This document shows positions 59,920 through 64,000 of a stretch of 64,000 nt of DNA, one piece after another. A program made the position numbers and the translations under genes. Each line of letters starts with the position of its first letter. Position 1 is the first letter of the stretch. Below the pieces are notes generated by a model that saw nothing but the letters and a program-made list of their open reading frames with translations, ran no database searches and was not told where the DNA came from. Source of the DNA: Candidatus Poribacteria bacterium. GTDB taxonomy: Bacteria > Poribacteria > WGA-4E > PCPOR2b. The stretch is taken from the NCBI GenBank assembly GCA_965208675.1, contig OZ242351.1, positions 4,384,001 to 4,448,000 of the forward strand. The letters are read 5' to 3'.

Positions 59920-61497
59920 TCATTGCGGCGCGAACGCATCTCCGTGAGCGAGCCGGTCATGTATAGCGGCGACTACATCGGGCACCGTTGTGTCTTCGCC
60001 AGGTGCAGGAATAACGCTAGGATCGGGCGGAATGACGGGCCGTATAATTCTCTGCTGCAGTTGTTCTCTGGCGTCCATCATCCAGCCGAACCCCCTGAAT
60101 ATGTAAGTCAAGAGCGTTCTGTCTTCTTCCTCGATTCCCATACCTTCTTGGACAGACCAGCCGCCGAAATCGGTGTTTGGCGTTAGGCGGAGCGGCGGAC
60201 TGTCTTCTCTTCCTGGCTTAATTACGCCTTCAACGAAAGCGATTTGATAAATCCGTTGAATCATGTTGAGTCTTTCTCTCTGGTGTGCGTTCAGTACAAT
60301 CTGTCCGTTATCTATTGCATGGAAGAAGGATTCAAGGTATATTGCCGCACGTGGATCCTGTTGGATTTCGTTAGATCTTCCAGCGGCAGCAATTTCCGGG
60401 TGTCCGAACGTTGGCAGTCCACCGCCCAGCAACCTGGTCTTGATGAATTCTTCGCGTTCGTCCTCGGGCACATGTTCTAGTTCGTTAATGAAATGGGTCA
60501 TGTCGTGAATGGCGCCAAAGTGCCGGGCGCCGTCCAAAGTCATATGGGCTGCACTCAAGAAATCGGATACGTGCTCTGTATGCAGCGTTGCTGCGTATCG
60601 GGCAACCATGTTCGATCCGGCAGAGCCGTGGTGCGTTTGAATCAACCCCATCTTCTCCAAGATTGTGCTTTCAGTGTCGTTGGCATGATGACCGATGAGT
60701 AGGCTATAAGCCACCTGGAAAGCGGATTTTCCTGAATTTTCCTCTTGTGAAACAAAGTCGTCCACCTGTTGCGCGAGTGCTTGCGCAGCTAGTGTGGTGT
60801 TCTGCCTCAAGAGACGGCGCATGTAGACGGACATTGCCCCTATCGCAACATTCTCCATATGTGTGCTAATCATCTCGACTAGCAGCGTGCTGGGGTGCCG
60901 GTCATCGTCCACCCCGTGATCGGGCAATCGGTTTTTAGTGATATGTGCTTTTCTAAGCGTCGAAAAATATTGAATGACTACTTCGGGACCTGAAGTTGGA
61001 AATGTTTTCACAAATTCTGCGAGTTGATTGATTAACCGGCTTTGCCCCGATACACAATCTCGGACCACCCTTCTCGATCTGTAGAACTTCCGATCGATGA
61101 GTGTTTGAAGCATGGCTTCTTCGTCCAAACCGTCCTCAATGTTTTCGGGTTTTCGACCGAATAAGCCAACGAAAATCAGGTGAGCGGGGCTAATACGCCC
61201 GGCGACAATTTCTCCTTCCTGTAGGACGCCGCGAATTCCGAAACTTCGAATATTCAATATCATTTCCGCGCCATCGCAGTCAACGGGTGTTTGGTACAAG
61301 ACCGGATTTGCGAACACCATTGTTGATTGCGGCATTGAGCTAAAATTCCTTAGACTTCCGCCGATGCCTTTTTCGTCCAATTTTGCCGCTTTTTGAATCG
61401 CATCCGTCACAGGGCCGTACGCCGAGGACTTAGGGTTCTCTGAAAGCGTCCTCCGTATTGATGCTGCGGTTTCAGTCCATAATCTCTTTTCCGCCAT
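59920..61497 (-). CDS. Divergent citrate synthase-fold protein
   Basis: THHG, RHFGA, TFGHP, DPRA and PNTDF are in citrate-synthase motif order; upstream of icd-mdh; SD AGGAG. Confidence 0.65.
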   Translation of the reverse strand: MAEKRLWTETAASIRRTLSENPKSSAYGPVTDAIQKAAKLDEKGIGGSLRNFSSMPQSTMVFANPVLYQTPVDCDGAEMILNIRSFGIRGVLQEGEIVAGRISPAHLIFVGLFGRKPENIEDGLDEEAMLQTLIDRKFYRSRRVVRDCVSGQSRLINQLAEFVKTFPTSGPEVVIQYFSTLRKAHITKNRLPDHGVDDDRHPSTLLVEMISTHMENVAIGAMSVYMRRLLRQNTTLAAQALAQQVDDFVSQEENSGKSAFQVAYSLLIGHHANDTESTILEKMGLIQTHHGSAGSNMVARYAATLHTEHVSDFLSAAHMTLDGARHFGAIHDMTHFINELEHVPEDEREEFIKTRLLGGGLPTFGHPEIAAAGRSNEIQQDPRAAIYLESFFHAIDNGQIVLNAHQRERLNMIQRIYQIAFVEGVIKPGREDSPPLRLTPNTDFGGWSVQEGMGIEEEDRTLLTYIFRGFGWMMDAREQLQQRIIRPVIPPDPSVIPAPGEDTTVPDVVAAIHDRLAHGDAFAPQ

Positions 61498-61985
61498 TTA
61501 GCGTCTCCTTAAAACCTCATTCAATTTGAGTGGGTGTGCATTCTCGCCAATCTCCGATTTTGCAAAACCCGTCCTTGGTACAATTCGTAGAAAAACCGTC
61601 GTTCATATAAAGAATAATGTGATTTCTATAACTTTACTTTGTGTTATCCAAAATTCCATACCTGTTATGACACATTTCGGCGTTTAACCGTGGATTCGCT
61701 GCAAAAAGGATTCGAATTTTGGGAAAGGAAAAGGGCGAAAGGGGATAGTGAAAAAGGAAAACAACCGGAGGTCCTCCACTTTCCCCCACCCAATGGCGCA
61801 ATACGGGGCGAGTGCATATCGAAGGGAATCATACAAAAGATTGCGATTCGGAGTGTGGAACATTAAAAAAAATAGGGAAGAGAGGACCGGCGAAATCAGA
61901 TTGACCGCAATATCGGAACGCCAATCCTATATCTCAATGTAAACCCCAAAACCTGAGCGATTCCAGCGTCTTTAAAATCAGTTGT

Positions 61986-62014
61986 ATTTTAGCAAAGGCA
62001 TCATTGAAAGTCAA
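61986..62014 (-). promoter_or_regulatory. sigma70-type promoter about 480 nt upstream of the citrate-synthase-like gene
   Basis: TTGACT-17-TAAAAT with TG extension. Confidence 0.5.
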
Positions 62015-62267
62015 GGTAAAACAAGGAAGAAAAGGGATATCATCTTTTATCTGCCTTTGGGGGATTGGCGGTTCTACCGGAGCGAATTTGACTGTGTGGG
62101 TTTTCAACGGTTTCGATAGATATGGTGTGCAAGTCATACAGGGCGAATATAGTTGTGTATGCTGCCGATGCGGCGCGCCATGATTTAATCGGATTAGGTT
62201 GAATTCTAAATACATGGTATCACCACCTAACCGATTGCCGATTGATGTACTTCGTGTTGGTTTCATT

Positions 62268-62302
62268 AAAAAAAGCCGGCAACATCAATTGATTACCGGC
62301 TT
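62268..62302 (-). terminator. Rho-independent terminator after gltB
   Basis: A-run followed by AGCCGG...CCGGCT hairpin. Confidence 0.7.
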
Positions 62303-62368
62303 CAGCAAGACATCATGGGGCAGCGTTCACAACATCTCTGGCGGGTTTCGTACGGACATTTACGGTGG

Positions 62369-64000
62369 CTACAAGGGAGAAACCTTCCGAAAAATCGGCA
62401 AGTAATGATCCCAGTTAGATAAGATTTCTTTAGCCCGGCCGCTGCCGGTAAGTTCGGAGTGACGCTCAATTTCGGTCAATATCACCGTAATATCTCGGTT
62501 GTCAGTGACAGGTTCTAATTTCACGGATTGTGAATTATAATTTTTGGAGAGATTCTGCTTTTCGTCAAGGACATAAGCAGTTCCACCTGTCATTCCTGCT
62601 CCAAGGTTGCGGCCGGTCTCGCCGAGGATGACAACCATTCCCCCGGTCATGTATTCGCAGGCGTGGTCGCCAACACCCTCTACGACAGCGAAGCCGCCGC
62701 TGTTACGGACGCAGAACCGCTCGCCAGCACGACCGGCGGCATAGAGGTAGCCGCTTGTGGCGCCATACATTACGGTGTTTCCGATTATAACATTCTCATG
62801 GGAACGGAATTGGGCGTTTGCCGGAGGTTTAATGATGAGCTCGGCACCGGCCATGCCTTTACCGACATAGTCGTTGGCTTCACCAATTAGGACGAGGCGC
62901 ATGCCTTTGATGCAAAATGCGCCAAAACTCTGGCCTGCACTGCCTCGGAAATGGCACTCAATGGTCCCGTCGGGCAAGCCTTGATCGCCATACCGGAACG
63001 CAATTTCACCTGCCACCGTTGCCCCGACCGTCCGGTGGATGTTGCGTATCTCATAAGAGAGGTTAATGGGATTTTCCCCTGTCAAAGCGTCCTTGGCGTC
63101 CTGCAAGATTATATCGTCGAGATGTGAATCTTCTAGCCGATTATTGCGTTCCCTCAGGCGGCGGCGCGGTCGATTTCCGGTCGGATCGCATTGCGCTACA
63201 ATAGGGCTTAGGTTGAGGGAGGCTGCTTTCGGATGTTCGGACAAGTCTTCTTGCTCTAAGAGTTCCGGACAACCTGTCACATCGTTTAAGCTGCGGAATC
63301 CGAGTTGGGCAAGGATTTCGCGCACCTCTTGGGCGACACCAACCATAAAGTTAATCACCATCTCAGGTGTGCCGCGAAATTTTGCCCTGAGCGCAGGGTC
63401 TTGTGTAGCAACGCCTACTGGGCACGTGTTAAGGTGGCATTGACGTGCGACAATACACCCGGTTGCGACCATGGCTGTTGTGCCGAATCCGAACTCTTCA
63501 GCGCCGAGCATTGCCGCGACGACTACATCGCGTCCGGTACGGAACCCGCCGTCTACCCGGAGCACGACCCGGCCCCTAAGGTCGTTGCGCACGAGCGTTT
63601 CTTGTGTTTCTGCAAGTCCAAGTTCCCATGGGACTCCTGCGTTTTTAATTGAACTGAGCGGGGAAGCGCCCGTTCCTCCTTCGTGGCCGCTTATCTGTAT
63701 GACATCAGCGTATCCTTTGGCGACCCCGGCGGCAATTGTCCCCACACCGGCCTCCGACACAAGTTTTACGGCTATTTTGGCGCGCGGATTAGCGTGCTTG
63801 AGGTCGTAAATGAGTTGTGCGAGATCTTCTATCGAATAGATGTCGTGATGCGGCGGCGGAGAAATCAGGGGAATCCCCGGTGTAGAATGCCGAATTGCAG
63901 CGATTTCTGTCGTGACTTTGTGTCCAGGAATCTGACCGCCTTCACCGGGTTTGGACCCCTGCGCCATTTTAATCTCTAATTCTTTGGCTGAAGTTAGATA
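62369..64000 (-). CDS. gltB: Glutamate synthase large subunit, 3' part (5' end outside the window)
   Basis: IKMAQGSKPGEGG, SPPPHHD, CIVARQCHLNTCPVG and GXGXG domain; frame is open to base 64000. Confidence 0.97.
   Translation of the reverse strand, partial: YLTSAKELEIKMAQGSKPGEGGQIPGHKVTTEIAAIRHSTPGIPLISPPPHHDIYSIEDLAQLIYDLKHANPRAKIAVKLVSEAGVGTIAAGVAKGYADVIQISGHEGGTGASPLSSIKNAGVPWELGLAETQETLVRNDLRGRVVLRVDGGFRTGRDVVVAAMLGAEEFGFGTTAMVATGCIVARQCHLNTCPVGVATQDPALRAKFRGTPEMVINFMVGVAQEVREILAQLGFRSLNDVTGCPELLEQEDLSEHPKAASLNLSPIVAQCDPTGNRPRRRLRERNNRLEDSHLDDIILQDAKDALTGENPINLSYEIRNIHRTVGATVAGEIAFRYGDQGLPDGTIECHFRGSAGQSFGAFCIKGMRLVLIGEANDYVGKGMAGAELIIKPPANAQFRSHENVIIGNTVMYGATSGYLYAAGRAGERFCVRNSGGFAVVEGVGDHACEYMTGGMVVILGETGRNLGAGMTGGTAYVLDEKQNLSKNYNSQSVKLEPVTDNRDITVILTEIERHSELTGSGRAKEILSNWDHYLPIFRKVSPL

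Noticed and set aside
61934-62266. 110-aa minus-strand ORF
   Set aside because: No SD or recognisable motif, and it overlaps a predicted promoter.

Overview
Bacterial chromosomal window, most likely from Candidatus Poribacteria or a close relative. That assignment is an inference from the C-terminal 'ETELLANYPNPFNPETWIPY...IYWDGRN...RRMVILK' domain and the repeat-saturated intergenic DNA. 0-9.3 kb is accessory: an oxidoreductase, an AstE/AspA-type hydrolase, a high-GC methyltransferase, a small basic gene with a pseudogene paralog, and self-contained promoter-gene-terminator cassettes encoding N-terminally anchored coiled-coil proteins with MATKED beta-layer-like repeats. An ORF-poor, promoter-driven structured RNA candidate sits between two cassettes. 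9.3-39.5 kb is a surface/export locus: two giant Ig-repeat secreted proteins (about 2300 and 3131 aa) ending in NYPNPF/FlgD-Ig (T9SS-CTD-like) domains, two PorV-like beta-barrels, LysM and OmpA coiled-coil proteins, a degenerate AccA-like protein, a CDP-alcohol phosphatidyltransferase and a polytopic membrane protein. 39.7-64 kb is mostly housekeeping: a DUF2089/DUF4097 operon, ureEFG without urease subunits, VOC, a short MetE-like synthase, TPR-propeller, GH127-like, VWA, tilS-hpt, a dihaem cytochrome c, mdh, icd, a divergent citrate-synthase-fold protein and the 3' part of gltB. Intergenic spaces are mosaics of several REP/REPIN-like families plus a non-palindromic 34-bp module that nests in tandem. 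No rRNA, tRNA, CRISPR array, transposase or integrase was recognised. All family calls come from motif recognition by eye, not from database searches.
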